Part shown: positions 18,272 through 26,455 of the stretch, in pieces | How positions within the stretch are numbered: the stretch's first letter is position 1 | How the letters are laid out: every line of letters begins with the position of its first letter | NCBI RefSeq assembly: GCF_001457595.1 | Contig: NZ_LN831039.1 | Coordinates: 1,860,001 to 1,892,000 of the forward strand | Length of the DNA: 32,000 bases | Direction: 5' to 3' | Source of the DNA: Mycolicibacterium smegmatis | GTDB taxonomy: Bacteria > Actinomycetota > Actinomycetes > Mycobacteriales > Mycobacteriaceae | Notes under the pieces: model-generated | Database searches by the model: none | What the model saw: only the letters and a program-made list of their open reading frames with translations | Told to the model about the DNA's origin: nothing | Position numbers and translations under genes: made by a program

Positions 18272-19726
18272 GGCGGATTCAATCGGTGGTCGCAACACCG
18301 GCTTGATGAAGTGAGTGTAGGTGTTCGGCGAAGGCTTCCGCGGGAGTGCGCCAGCCGAGGGTTTTCCGCGGCCTGGTGTTGAGGGTATGGGCGATCGCTG
18401 CCACGTCCTCGGCCGACCATCTTGAGAGGTCGGTCCCTTTTGGAAAGTATTGGCGTAACAGGCCATTGGTGTTCTCATTGGTACCGCGCTGCCACGGACT
18501 CTTCGGATCAGCGAAGAACACCTTGACTCCGGAGGCGACCGAGAACTGGGCGTGCGCCGACAGTTCCTTGCCCCGGTCCCAGGTCAACGACCGACGCAGT
18601 TGCGCGGGCAACGTGGTGATCGTCTGTTCCAGAGCGTTGGCCATCGTGATGGCGCCATAGCCGGCCAACGCCGGCCCGTTCTTGGTCCGCGGAATTATCC
18701 CGTAACCAACTTCACGTGGCAGATGGACCAGCATGGTGAACCGGCTGCTGCGCTCGACCAGCGTGCCGATTGCACTGCGCTGCAAGCCAATCAGGAGATC
18801 ACCCTCCCAATGTCCGGGAACAGCGCGATCATCGACCTCGGGTGGGCGTTGGCTGATCAACGTCTCAGGGGTGACATGGGCCCACGCCTTGGACCGCGTT
18901 CGTGCCCGCGGTACCCGCAGTGCCCGGCCTCGGCGCAGGCAGCTGACCAGATCCCGCTTCAGCGCACCGCGAGATTCGACGTACAGCGCTTGATAGATGG
19001 CCTCGTGGCTGATCCGCATAGTCACATCATCGGGGAAGTCCAGCGGGAGCCGTCGAGCGATCTGTTCTGGACTCCATGCCTGCACCCAGGCCCGATCACC
19101 CCGGTGCGGCTTGTTGCGTCCCTTCCACGGGGCGGCGGCGGGACCGACGATGACCTGGCCATCAGCGCCGCGAACGACGCCGGACAGTTTGTCCTGGACG
19201 TACTGACGCAGCCGGTCGTTGCTAACGAGCTTGGCGGTCTTGGGGCGGCGGGCGCGCCGCTCGGCGTGCCACTGCGCAGTGGAGGCCTTATAGTCGAGTC
19301 GATAGGTGCGGGTCGAGGCATTGCGGCGCAACTCCCGTGAGATGGTCGACGGTGCACGCTTGAGCCGCCGGGCGATCTCACGCACCCCGGCGCCCTGGGC
19401 GCGCCACAACGCGATGTTCTCACGTTCATCCGAGGACAGGTAACGTCCCGAAACTGTTTCTGGCAAGCATGGATTCACTCCACCAGCGTGACGGAACCAG
19501 CGGAACCCAACCGGCGACGACACGCCCGCTTCGGCAGCGGCGTCCTCAGTCATAGCCCCCGCAGCGATCGCCGCCCAGAACCTCACCCGATCCTGACGCC
19601 ACGCCACCGACGGCCGACCCGGAGACGGAATCTGTCCCCGATACAACCGAACCGCCCGCTGCCGATCCAACACACCCATTCCACACCTCCATAATCGAGG
19701 TGTTGCGACGATCAGTTGAATCCGCC
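18272..19726 (-). mobile_element. IS30-family insertion sequence (1455 bp) nested in IS3 orfB
   Basis: About 28-bp imperfect inverted repeats GGCGGATTCAA(tcggtg/ctgatc)GTCGCAACACC at both ends. 3-bp target duplication CTG at 18269-18271 and 19727-19729. Removing the element and one CTG restores ...HSDAGSQFTSLRY... Confidence 0.9.
18279..19679 (-). CDS. IS30-family transposase
   Basis: About 466 aa from ATG 19679 (GGAGG 6 nt upstream). HTH GVREIARRLKRAPSTISRELRRN. DDE region HWEGDLLIG ... TLTWDRGKELS ... NENTNGLLRQYFPKG. The ORF-track start at 19784 lies outside the element. Confidence 0.9.
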   Translation of the reverse strand: MGVLDRQRAVRLYRGQIPSPGRPSVAWRQDRVRFWAAIAAGAMTEDAAAEAGVSSPVGFRWFRHAGGVNPCLPETVSGRYLSSDERENIALWRAQGAGVREIARRLKRAPSTISRELRRNASTRTYRLDYKASTAQWHAERRARRPKTAKLVSNDRLRQYVQDKLSGVVRGADGQVIVGPAAAPWKGRNKPHRGDRAWVQAWSPEQIARRLPLDFPDDVTMRISHEAIYQALYVESRGALKRDLVSCLRRGRALRVPRARTRSKAWAHVTPETLISQRPPEVDDRAVPGHWEGDLLIGLQRSAIGTLVERSSRFTMLVHLPREVGYGIIPRTKNGPALAGYGAITMANALEQTITTLPAQLRRSLTWDRGKELSAHAQFSVASGVKVFFADPKSPWQRGTNENTNGLLRQYFPKGTDLSRWSAEDVAAIAHTLNTRPRKTLGWRTPAEAFAEHLHSLHQAGVATTD

Positions 19727-20344
19727 CTGCGATCCGGCATCGGAGTGACATCGCAAGCCCTCCAACATGATTCCGCGGGACCACCGCGCCATTTCAACGG
19801 CGTCGAGGACCATCGTGGTCCGCATATGTGAGGCGACCCGCCACCCGACGATCATGCGACTGTAGGCGTCGGTGATGAAACAGACGTAGGCCACACCCGC
19901 CCAGGTCGGCACGAACGTCAGGTCGGTCACCCACAACTGGTTGGGTGCTTGCGCGGTGAAGTCGCGCCCGACCAGATCGGGATGCCGATGCGCTGCCGGG
20001 TCAGTTCGGGTGGTCTTGACCCGTTTGCCGCGGCGCGCCCCCTCGATGCCCGCCGCACGCATCAGCCGAGCCACCTGGTCACGGCCCACGTCGTAGCCGG
20101 CCCGACGTGCGGTTTTCCACAGCTTGCGGGCCCCGTAGACGCGGTAGTTGTCCTCCCAGAGCTGCTCGAGGACGGGTCGCAGGACCGCGTCGCGCAACGC
20201 GCGCACTGACGCCGGCCTGGTTTTTGCGTCGTAGTAGGTGCTCGGGGCCATCGACACGCCTGCGCTGCGCAGGACGGTGCAGATGAGCTCGACCCCGAAC
20301 TCCTCGCGGTTGTCGTCGATGAACGCGATTATTTGCGATGTTGG
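19727..20344 (-). pseudogene. IS3-family OrfB, N-terminal part (-1 frame relative to orfA)
   Basis: IIAFIDDNREEFGVELICTVL...YGARKLW...NQLWVTDLTFV...CHSDAGSQ then interrupted. The frame is -1 relative to orfA and opens within the last 30 or so codons of orfA. Confidence 0.8.
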
Positions 20345-20673
20345 CGGTCGAGCTCCGCCCCGAAGAAACTGGCTGCTCGCTTCAGGATCTCGTTGGCGCG
20401 CTTGAGTTCTCGGTTCTCTTGCTCAAGATCTTTGATGCGTTGCGACTCCGCGGTCGACACCCCGGGGGCGTGCCCGTCATCGATATCGGCTTGGCGCACC
20501 CAGGACCGTACCGACTCGACCCCGTAACCGAGCTGGTCGGCCACCCGGGCCACCGTGCCCTGGGAGGTACCCAACTCCGTTCTCAACGTCCGCACCATGC
20601 GCACCGCAGCGGCCTTCTCCTCCGGGCTATAGCGGCGCGTGGTCGGCTTCCCCGGTGACTGTTCCTTCGGCAT
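20329..20673 (-). CDS. IS3-family OrfA (HTH plus leucine zipper)
   Basis: MPKEQSPGKPTTRRYSPEEKAAAVRMV ... IKDLEQENRELKRANEILKRA. ATG 20673 is preceded by GAGGATGGAG. Confidence 0.85.
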   Translation of the reverse strand: MPKEQSPGKPTTRRYSPEEKAAAVRMVRTLRTELGTSQGTVARVADQLGYGVESVRSWVRQADIDDGHAPGVSTAESQRIKDLEQENRELKRANEILKRAASFFGAELDRQHRK

Positions 20674-20695
20674 GACTCCATCCTCGTTTCCAAGG

Positions 20696-21316
20696 TCAAG
20701 AGCCTCCAACAAACCCAGGGCGATTCAATTCAGTCTTGCCGTCCGCGGTCACTTTGGCGGTGGCTTTGTCACCGTCGACGTTGATGTCGGAGATTTCGCC
20801 GCGCGCGGAGGTGTCGACGCTGGCCTCGGGCACCTCGATACCGAGGTCAATGAGGATGCTGGTGTCGACCGGTTGCATGCGCTTTTGATCAGCCGCGCAG
20901 AAGAACTGCTTGGTCGCGGCGAGCGAGCCGTCCGTCTTGGCCATGTCGGCGAAGATTTGTTCGATCGCCCGGGCGTCGCTGGACGTGCCGATCCCACCCA
21001 CGAAGAACAGGACGCCCACGGCAAGAAGCGCCACGACGAGGACGCCGCCCCCGATGAGAAGACCGCGGCCCCCCTTGCCGGAGTTTTGCGGCGGCATGCC
21101 GTACCCGTAGGGGCCACCGCTGTATCCGTGGCCGCCGGGCGCACCGTAGTGCGGCGGCGGTGAGCTTGAGTACTGCGGCGTCGTTCCGTATCCGCTGGCC
21201 GTGCCGTACGGTGCGTGCGGGATAGGCGCAGGTTGCGGCGCACCATAGGGCGGGTGCCCGCCATACGGCGGCGGTTGCTGCGACCTTGAGTTCTGCCCCC
21301 CCCCGGGATATGTCAC
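20696..21316 (-). pseudogene. Pro/Gly/Tyr-rich single-pass membrane protein, 3' end truncated by the IS3 insertion
   Basis: GTG 21316 with AAAGGAG 5 nt upstream. The N-terminal PPYGG/PYG-rich region is followed by one TM helix (LLIGGGVLVVALLAVGVLFFVGG) and an extracytoplasmic domain. The native sequence ends at ...DGKTE (20729). The last 10 codons and the stop come from the IS3 inverted repeat. Confidence 0.7.
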
Positions 21317-21568
21317 GACGGCTCCTTTGTTGAACGTTGTCAGCACAATAACGCCGGTCGCGATACCCGCGACGCACCAATCTGGGGCGAGAACCGCCCC
21401 CAGCTCCCCGTCACCTACAGTCGAACGTCGCATTCCAGACCTGGAGGCGCCAGCCGGCCAAGGAGGCAGGAGCGGTACCCAGCGTGCGGTTTCCCGAGTT
21501 GCGCCGTGAAATTACTGTGCCACTCCGAGTCCGATACAAGCGCTGAAACTAACCACGGGGTCGGGTGT

Positions 21569-22252
21569 TCACGGGAGGGGAATGTCGGGTCGGTAGTGGC
21601 GGAGCCAGGTTCCGATCGTGCCAGTGGCCCAGTTGGTTTCGAATTCGGAGGGAAAGATCAGCGCGTTGGGTGTGCGGTGGGTCTGTCCGCTGGCCAGGCG
21701 CGAGCCGTTGAGGCGGTCATGCATACGCAGCGCTCTTGGGGCTGCTGTCGGTGCGGGTTGCACGGTGCCAGCGCCCATGATGCCCAGGGCGGTTGCCGAG
21801 TGCGCCATACTGGCTGCCGCGTTGACAATCCCGCTGATCGGGAGGATGACGACCTTGGGCCGGCCGGCAACGGTCACGTTCTGCTGCTGGAAGCGGTCGA
21901 TCGCGCTCCACGGCAGGTCCACGACGGTGTTGGCGTCGATTCTGCGCATTCCAGTGGGGGAGAGCACCAACCGCTTGTGCTGGCGGTAGTCGGCCGCCAG
22001 TTGGCGACGCTTCTGTAGGTAGAGGCCCGCGGGGACGGCGACTGCAGTCGCCACGCTCAGCGGGTAATACAACGCTGGCAGATCCGCAAAGATGAGCCCG
22101 AACACGATTAACGACAGGATCAACACCCCGATCGCGATCAGGATCAGCAGCGGGATGAACCGCACCAACGTCTTGTCGGGACGTTGGATGCTTCGCAGTT
22201 CGACCTGCTCACTGAAATCTGGAGGCGAAGTCGGGTTCACAGCGCCGGTCAC
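21569..22252 (-). CDS. Hypothetical membrane protein (two TM helices plus a possible bacterial PH / YcxB-like domain)
   Basis: 227 aa with coding-like GC3. TM hairpin LVRFIPLLILIAIGVLILSLIVFGLIF / YYPLSVATAVAVPAGLYL, followed by LVLSPTGMRRIDANTVVDLPWSAIDRF. The domain assignment is from pattern memory only. Confidence 0.6.
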   Translation of the reverse strand: MTGAVNPTSPPDFSEQVELRSIQRPDKTLVRFIPLLILIAIGVLILSLIVFGLIFADLPALYYPLSVATAVAVPAGLYLQKRRQLAADYRQHKRLVLSPTGMRRIDANTVVDLPWSAIDRFQQQNVTVAGRPKVVILPISGIVNAAASMAHSATALGIMGAGTVQPAPTAAPRALRMHDRLNGSRLASGQTHRTPNALIFPSEFETNWATGTIGTWLRHYRPDIPLP

Positions 22253-22480
22253 CTTCCCTTCGGATCGACACGCAGCAACAGTCAGATCGGCGACGGTTCA
22301 CATGGTAAGCACACACCACGGGCTTGTTGCGCCACCTTTTCGGAACACTCGGTGGGTTAGCGTCGTCCTTATGCACACCGCGTCGACCACCCTCACGACG
22401 CGTCACCGACGCATCTGCGCTGCCACACGCTCCTCACGCCGATCACACCAGGACGGCGCGTCGCTCCGGAAGGCGACACG

Positions 22481-22804
22481 GTGATCGCATCGGTGGACAC
22501 GACCGTGACGATCGCTTTGTTTGTCGCGCTGATTCCGGCCGTCGGCGCGGCATTCATGATCGGAATCCATCTGATGATGTTGGGCGACAACATCTCTGCA
22601 GACCGTCCTCGCCGCATCTGGGGGATCTATGCCGGGGTCATCGGGGTCCCGCTGTCGGCGGTCGCGATCTATCTCACCGCCGCGGTACTCGCCTGGAAGG
22701 CACACGGACTCACGTTCTACTATCCGCTGATCGGACTCGCAGCCGGCGCTGCGGCAGTCGTCGGAATCAGCGCGCTGGCTGACAAGCTGGCACGGCGACG
22801 GTAG
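22481..22804 (+). CDS. Hypothetical small integral membrane protein (3-4 TM)
   Basis: 107 aa, GTG start with GGAAGG upstream, good GC3. Almost entirely hydrophobic helices. Divergent from 21569-22252. Confidence 0.55.
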   Translation: MIASVDTTVTIALFVALIPAVGAAFMIGIHLMMLGDNISADRPRRIWGIYAGVIGVPLSAVAIYLTAAVLAWKAHGLTFYYPLIGLAAGAAAVVGISALADKLARRR

Positions 22805-22911
22805 GTGACAGGCCCCCGCAGCGAGCAGCCCGTCGTTCACTCGCCATCGCGGGGCAGGGCGAACCTGCTTCCGCCCACCGACGTCAGACCAACGTGTGTC
22901 CGGGTCGGGCG

Positions 22912-23355
22912 CTACGCCAGTTCCTGCGGGGTCAGGCCGTCCGCTCCCAGGGAGCAGAAGGGGCACGGATCGTTGTGCTCACTTCCGTAGTCGGCATAGG
23001 CCGCGACCTGACTGACCACGTTGAGGGCGGTGTCGCCATCGAGTACCGGTAATGCCTCGGGGAACCGATCGAGTGCACCAACAGACGCGACCAACGGGAG
23101 TTCACTTCGCTCCGCGCCGGTCACGTCCACTGTGACCTGCCCATCGACGAACAACGTGTACATGTCGTGTTCGGGGAACCCAAAGTTGAACCGCAGCACC
23201 CACCAGGCCCCAGCCTGCCAGGCCGCGAACGGAAAGAACTTGTATCCCGTGCGCTTCCACTCGGGACTCACCGCAAGATCGACATCCGGGTTCGGCCCGC
23301 TGTCGCGTCTGGCATCCATGTCTACAAAGACTAAGCCGAGACCCGCCGCAGCCAT
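22912..23355 (-). CDS. Hypothetical cytoplasmic protein (no recognisable family; C-terminal CPFC motif)
   Basis: 147 aa. Central WWVLRFNFGFPEHDMYTLFVDG block. Convergent with the small membrane gene. The start codon is uncertain (ATG 23355 or internal ATG 23319). Confidence 0.5.
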   Translation of the reverse strand: MAAAGLGLVFVDMDARRDSGPNPDVDLAVSPEWKRTGYKFFPFAAWQAGAWWVLRFNFGFPEHDMYTLFVDGQVTVDVTGAERSELPLVASVGALDRFPEALPVLDGDTALNVVSQVAAYADYGSEHNDPCPFCSLGADGLTPQELA

Positions 23356-23681
23356 TCGAGAAAGATATAGCGATTCGGTACACCCACCGGGCGGGGCGCA
23401 TCGTCAGCGTGACTCGGCAGGCCAGCCCGGAGTCGCGGGTTCTGTTGGGAAGTTCGATCGTGGATGCGAACCTTCAGTGAGAATTTGTCGCCGTTCTGGT
23501 GGGTCAGGGGCCTTGTCCACGCAAGTGGCTAAGCCTCGATCCACCGATGAACTGGCTGGTTATGGGGTGTCGGAATGAGGAAAGTGCCCTTCCCTGGGTG
23601 TCAGGGTGAGTTGAGTCCACTGGTACTTAGCAACTTGGCAACTTGGCTTGATCTCGGGGCGAGAACGGAATCACCTGAACC

Positions 23682-24110
23682 ATGACGACGACGATGGCTG
23701 CTGTGCGCGAGACTGGAGCGGTGGCACCTTCACCGCGATCTGATGGCCCGCGCCGGCGGCGCTCGATTTCTCCGGCGCAGAAGCTGGCCCACCTGGATGC
23801 CTATGAGCAGGCCTGTACGACCAACGATGGTGGGGCGTACCTGCGCGGTGAGGGGTTGTATTCCTCGCAGATCGCCGAGTGGCGCAAACAACGCGATGCT
23901 GGGGTGTTGGAAGGCAAGGCACCTGGGGAGAAGGTCGGTAAACTCACCCGCGAGCAGGCCGAGATCGCCCGCCTGAAAAAGGAACTCGCCCAGGCCAATA
24001 ATCGGCTGGCGACCACCGAGGCTGCCCTGGGGATCATGGGAAAAGCACACGCGCTCTTGGAGTCTCTCTCCGAGAGCGCGGACACCGACACGCCGCCGAC
24101 CAAGCGCTGA
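23682..24110 (+). CDS. IS3-like OrfA (HTH / coiled-coil)
   Basis: 142 aa. SPAQKLAHLDAYEQA ... LYSSQIAEWRKQRDAG ... EQAEIARLKKELAQANNRL. Confidence 0.8.
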   Translation: MTTTMAAVRETGAVAPSPRSDGPRRRRSISPAQKLAHLDAYEQACTTNDGGAYLRGEGLYSSQIAEWRKQRDAGVLEGKAPGEKVGKLTREQAEIARLKKELAQANNRLATTEAALGIMGKAHALLESLSESADTDTPPTKR

Positions 24111-24163
24111 TGGATGCCTACAACGATCTGCGGGGCTGATGGATGCCTACAACGATCTGCGGG
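24106..24163 (+). repeat. Perfect 29-bp tandem duplication (GCTGATGGATGCCTACAACGATCTGCGGG x2) spanning the orfA stop / orfB start
   Basis: Copy 1 is 24106-24134 and copy 2 is 24135-24163, identical base for base. Confidence 0.95.
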
Positions 24164-25152
24164 ATATCCAGATTCCGACCCGCAAGGCCGCGGAGGTGAC
24201 CGGCATGCACCGCTCGACGGCCACTCGACGCGCCAAACCCGCGCCGGCGCCTGCCGATCGGGCACCACGACCGGTCCCGGTCAACAAGCTCACCGAGTCC
24301 GAATGCGCCCGGGTGGTTGAGGTGCTCAACAGTGCCCGGTTCGTCGATGCCGCGCCGATGCAGGTGTGGGCCACGTTGCTCGATGAAGGCAGCTACCTGT
24401 GTTCGGTGTCGACGATGTACCGCGTCCTCAATGCCAACAAGCTGGTCAAGGAGCGCCGTCGGCTGGCCCGGCACCGCAAAGCGGTCTGCCCGGAACTGGT
24501 GGCCACCGCGCCGCGGCAGGTGTATTCGTGGGACATCACCAAACTGGCCGGCCCGGTCAAAGGGGTCTACTACGACGCCTACGTGATGATCGACATTCAC
24601 TCGCGTTACATCGTCGGGGTCCATGTGCACGCCCGCGAATGCGGCCAGCTGGCCAAGGAGATGATGGAACAGATCTTCGGCACCTACGGCATCCCACACG
24701 TCGTGCACGCTGATCGGGGCACCTCGATGACCAGCAACACCGTCGCCGGACTGCTCTCGGATCTGGGCGTCATCCGCTCGCATTCGCGGCCCAAGGTATC
24801 CAACGACAACCCCTACAGCGAGTCCTGGTTCAAGACCTTGAAGTATGCGCCGGCGTTCCCGGAACGCTTCGAATCCATCCATCACGCGAGGGATTTCATG
24901 GACCGATTCGTGCAGTGGTACAACCATGAACACCGCCACAGCGGCATCGGGCTGCACACACCCGCCGATGTGTTCTACGGCCTCGCCGGCGGGAAAGACA
25001 CCCAGCGCCGAGCCGTGCTCGCCGACGCCAGGGCGCGCCACCCACGCCGATTCGGCCGCGACACCGCACCCAAGGTCATCGACCTACCTGAATCCGCGGC
25101 GATCAACCCACCCAAACCGGCCGAACAGGAGACCGAAACGGAAGCCGCTTAA
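24139..25152 (+). CDS. IS3-like OrfB (DDE integrase / rve domain)
   Basis: 337 aa. YSWDITKL ... VHADRGTSMTS ... SNDNPYSESWFKTLKY ... WYNHEHRHSGIG. Confidence 0.88.
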   Translation: MDAYNDLRDIQIPTRKAAEVTGMHRSTATRRAKPAPAPADRAPRPVPVNKLTESECARVVEVLNSARFVDAAPMQVWATLLDEGSYLCSVSTMYRVLNANKLVKERRRLARHRKAVCPELVATAPRQVYSWDITKLAGPVKGVYYDAYVMIDIHSRYIVGVHVHARECGQLAKEMMEQIFGTYGIPHVVHADRGTSMTSNTVAGLLSDLGVIRSHSRPKVSNDNPYSESWFKTLKYAPAFPERFESIHHARDFMDRFVQWYNHEHRHSGIGLHTPADVFYGLAGGKDTQRRAVLADARARHPRRFGRDTAPKVIDLPESAAINPPKPAEQETETEAA

Positions 25153-25275
25153 CACCCACTGGACTCAAACACCTTGACAAATTCCGGATTGAGCACTGGT
25201 CCATTAGGTCGCTACTGGGTGTCCCCACGCTCGTCCTGTTGTTCGCGATGATGAGCCGGAAGGCGATGAGTGTGA

Positions 25276-25350
25276 ATGATCTACGTAGGAGACGACTGGG
25301 CCGACGATCACCACGACGTGTGGGTGATGGATGAGCAAGGGCAGCATCTA
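25276..25350 (+). pseudogene. IS110-family transposase, N-terminal 25 codons (split gene, part 1)
   Basis: MIYVGDDWADDHHDVWVMDEQGQHL is the typical IS110 N-terminal D-motif. Confidence 0.75.
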
Positions 25351-26409
25351 GTGTCGCGCGTCTGAAGTTTGTTTACGAGTGTGGGGCAGGATTTCGTCGG
25401 CGGTCTTGGTCCACACGAATGGGTGGGCGCGTTGGTTCCAGCCCTCGATGAAGGCGCTGATGGCAGCGATGAGTTCTTTAACGCTGTTGAACGAGCCCCG
25501 GCGGATTGCTTGGCGGGTGATGATCGAGAAGAACACCTCGACCAGGTTCAACCAGGAGCCTGAGGTCAGGGTGAAATGCAGTGTCACGCGGGGATTCTTG
25601 ACCAACCACGCATTGATGTCAGCGTGTTTGTGGGTGTGGTAGTTGTCGCACACCACATGCAGTTTGCGGCGCGGGTAGGCCCGGGCGACCGTCTTGAGGA
25701 AATCGAGGAACTCGGCTTTGCCGTGCCGCTCGTAGCAGCGGTCGGTCACTTTGCCGGTTGCGATTTCCAAGGCGGCGAACAACGTGGCGGTGCCGTTGCG
25801 CTGATAGTCGTGGGTCGCCTTCTCCGGCAGTCCCGGACGCAACGGCAAAATCGGCTGGGTGCGGTTGAGTGCCTGAATCTGGCTCTTTTCGTCCACGCAC
25901 AACACGACCGCCTTTTCTGGCGGGTTCAGATACAGGCCGATCACGTCACGGACCTTGGCCTCCAGTTCAGGGTCGGTGGAGAACTTGAACGTCTCGCGCC
26001 GCCACGGTTTGACCCCGTAGCGTCGCCACGCCCGGGCCACCGTGGCATCCCCGATCCCGAGGTGCTTTCCGAGCAGTCGACTCGACCAGTGGGTCACGGC
26101 CAACGATTCCGGTGGCGGCTCGAGCGTGGTCGCCAGGATCTCGGCGTCATCGACCGTCTTGGGTCGGCCGCTGCGTGGTTCGTCATCAAGCCCCTCAATG
26201 CCGAACGCGGCGAACCGATCCCGCCACTTGATCACCGTCGGCCGCGACACCCCCACCTGCCGCGCCGCACCCGAGGTCCCCGCACCGTCGGCCACCGCCA
26301 GCACGATCCGCGCCCGCTCAACACGGCCGGCAGGCACCGTCGAGGACCGCGTCCACGACTCCAACGTCACACGATCTTCAGAACTGATCACCAATGTGGA
26401 TGACGGCAT
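25348..26409 (-). CDS. IS630-family (DDE_3) transposase
   Basis: 353 aa. HTH region GVSRPTVIKWRDRF. LCVDEKSQIQAL, VVCDNYHTHK, TSGSWLNLVEVFF. The stop codon TAG lies outside the terminal repeat, in the duplicated target. Confidence 0.9.
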   Translation of the reverse strand: MPSSTLVISSEDRVTLESWTRSSTVPAGRVERARIVLAVADGAGTSGAARQVGVSRPTVIKWRDRFAAFGIEGLDDEPRSGRPKTVDDAEILATTLEPPPESLAVTHWSSRLLGKHLGIGDATVARAWRRYGVKPWRRETFKFSTDPELEAKVRDVIGLYLNPPEKAVVLCVDEKSQIQALNRTQPILPLRPGLPEKATHDYQRNGTATLFAALEIATGKVTDRCYERHGKAEFLDFLKTVARAYPRRKLHVVCDNYHTHKHADINAWLVKNPRVTLHFTLTSGSWLNLVEVFFSIITRQAIRRGSFNSVKELIAAISAFIEGWNQRAHPFVWTKTADEILPHTRKQTSDARH

Positions 26410-26453
26410 ACACCATCATCCCACACTGTAAACTAATTAATGACGCGCGACAC
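25351..26453 (-). mobile_element. IS630-family insertion sequence (1103 bp)
   Basis: 12-bp perfect terminal inverted repeats GTGTCGCGCGTC (25351-25362; reverse complement at 26442-26453). TA duplication at 25349-25350 and 26454-26455. The inferred original target is CTAG. Confidence 0.9.
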
Positions 26454-26455
26454 TA

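Larger units (their letters stand above)
17922..20728 (-). mobile_element. IS3-family insertion sequence (about 1349 bp without its insert; possibly IS1137-like) carrying a nested IS30-family element
   Basis: Terminal inverted repeats TTGAATCGCCCTGGGTT(cccc/tgtt)GGAGGCTC at 17922-17950 and, reverse-complemented, 20700-20728. orfA plus a -1 frame orfB. No flanking direct repeat (GCGGTG on one side, TTCAGT on the other). Confidence 0.85.
23599..25179 (+). mobile_element. IS3-like insertion sequence (two ORFs: HTH OrfA plus rve/DDE OrfB), about 1581 bp
   Basis: Ends TG...CA. Imperfect inverted repeats TGTCAGGGTGAGTTGAGTCCACTGG (23599-23623) versus the reverse complement of CCACTGGACTCAAACACCTTGACA (25156-25179). 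No flanking direct repeat (GGG versus AAT). Confidence 0.75.

Noticed and set aside
20329-20420. Canonical A-AAA-AAG type slippery heptamer for IS3 orfA/orfB frameshifting
   Set aside because: The -1 frame is open across the last 30 or so codons of orfA, but I could not find a canonical heptamer. The frameshift site is left unassigned rather than guessed.
20717-21433. ATG 21433 as start of the Pro/Gly/Tyr-rich protein, and TTG 20712 as start of IS3 orfA
   Set aside because: GTG 21316 has a near-perfect AAAGGAG at 5 nt, and the upstream 39 codons look non-coding. The orfA upstream codons lie in the terminal repeat, and ATG 20673 has its own Shine-Dalgarno.
23631-23648. CAACTTGGC x2 short tandem repeat in the IS3-like left end
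   Set aside because: Only two 9-bp units inside the IS non-coding end, too short to interpret. Probably part of the promoter or inverted-repeat subterminal region.
24118-25041. 307-aa minus-strand ORF inside the IS3-like element
   Set aside because: It is antisense to a clear rve/DDE integrase ORF, with shadow-frame composition.
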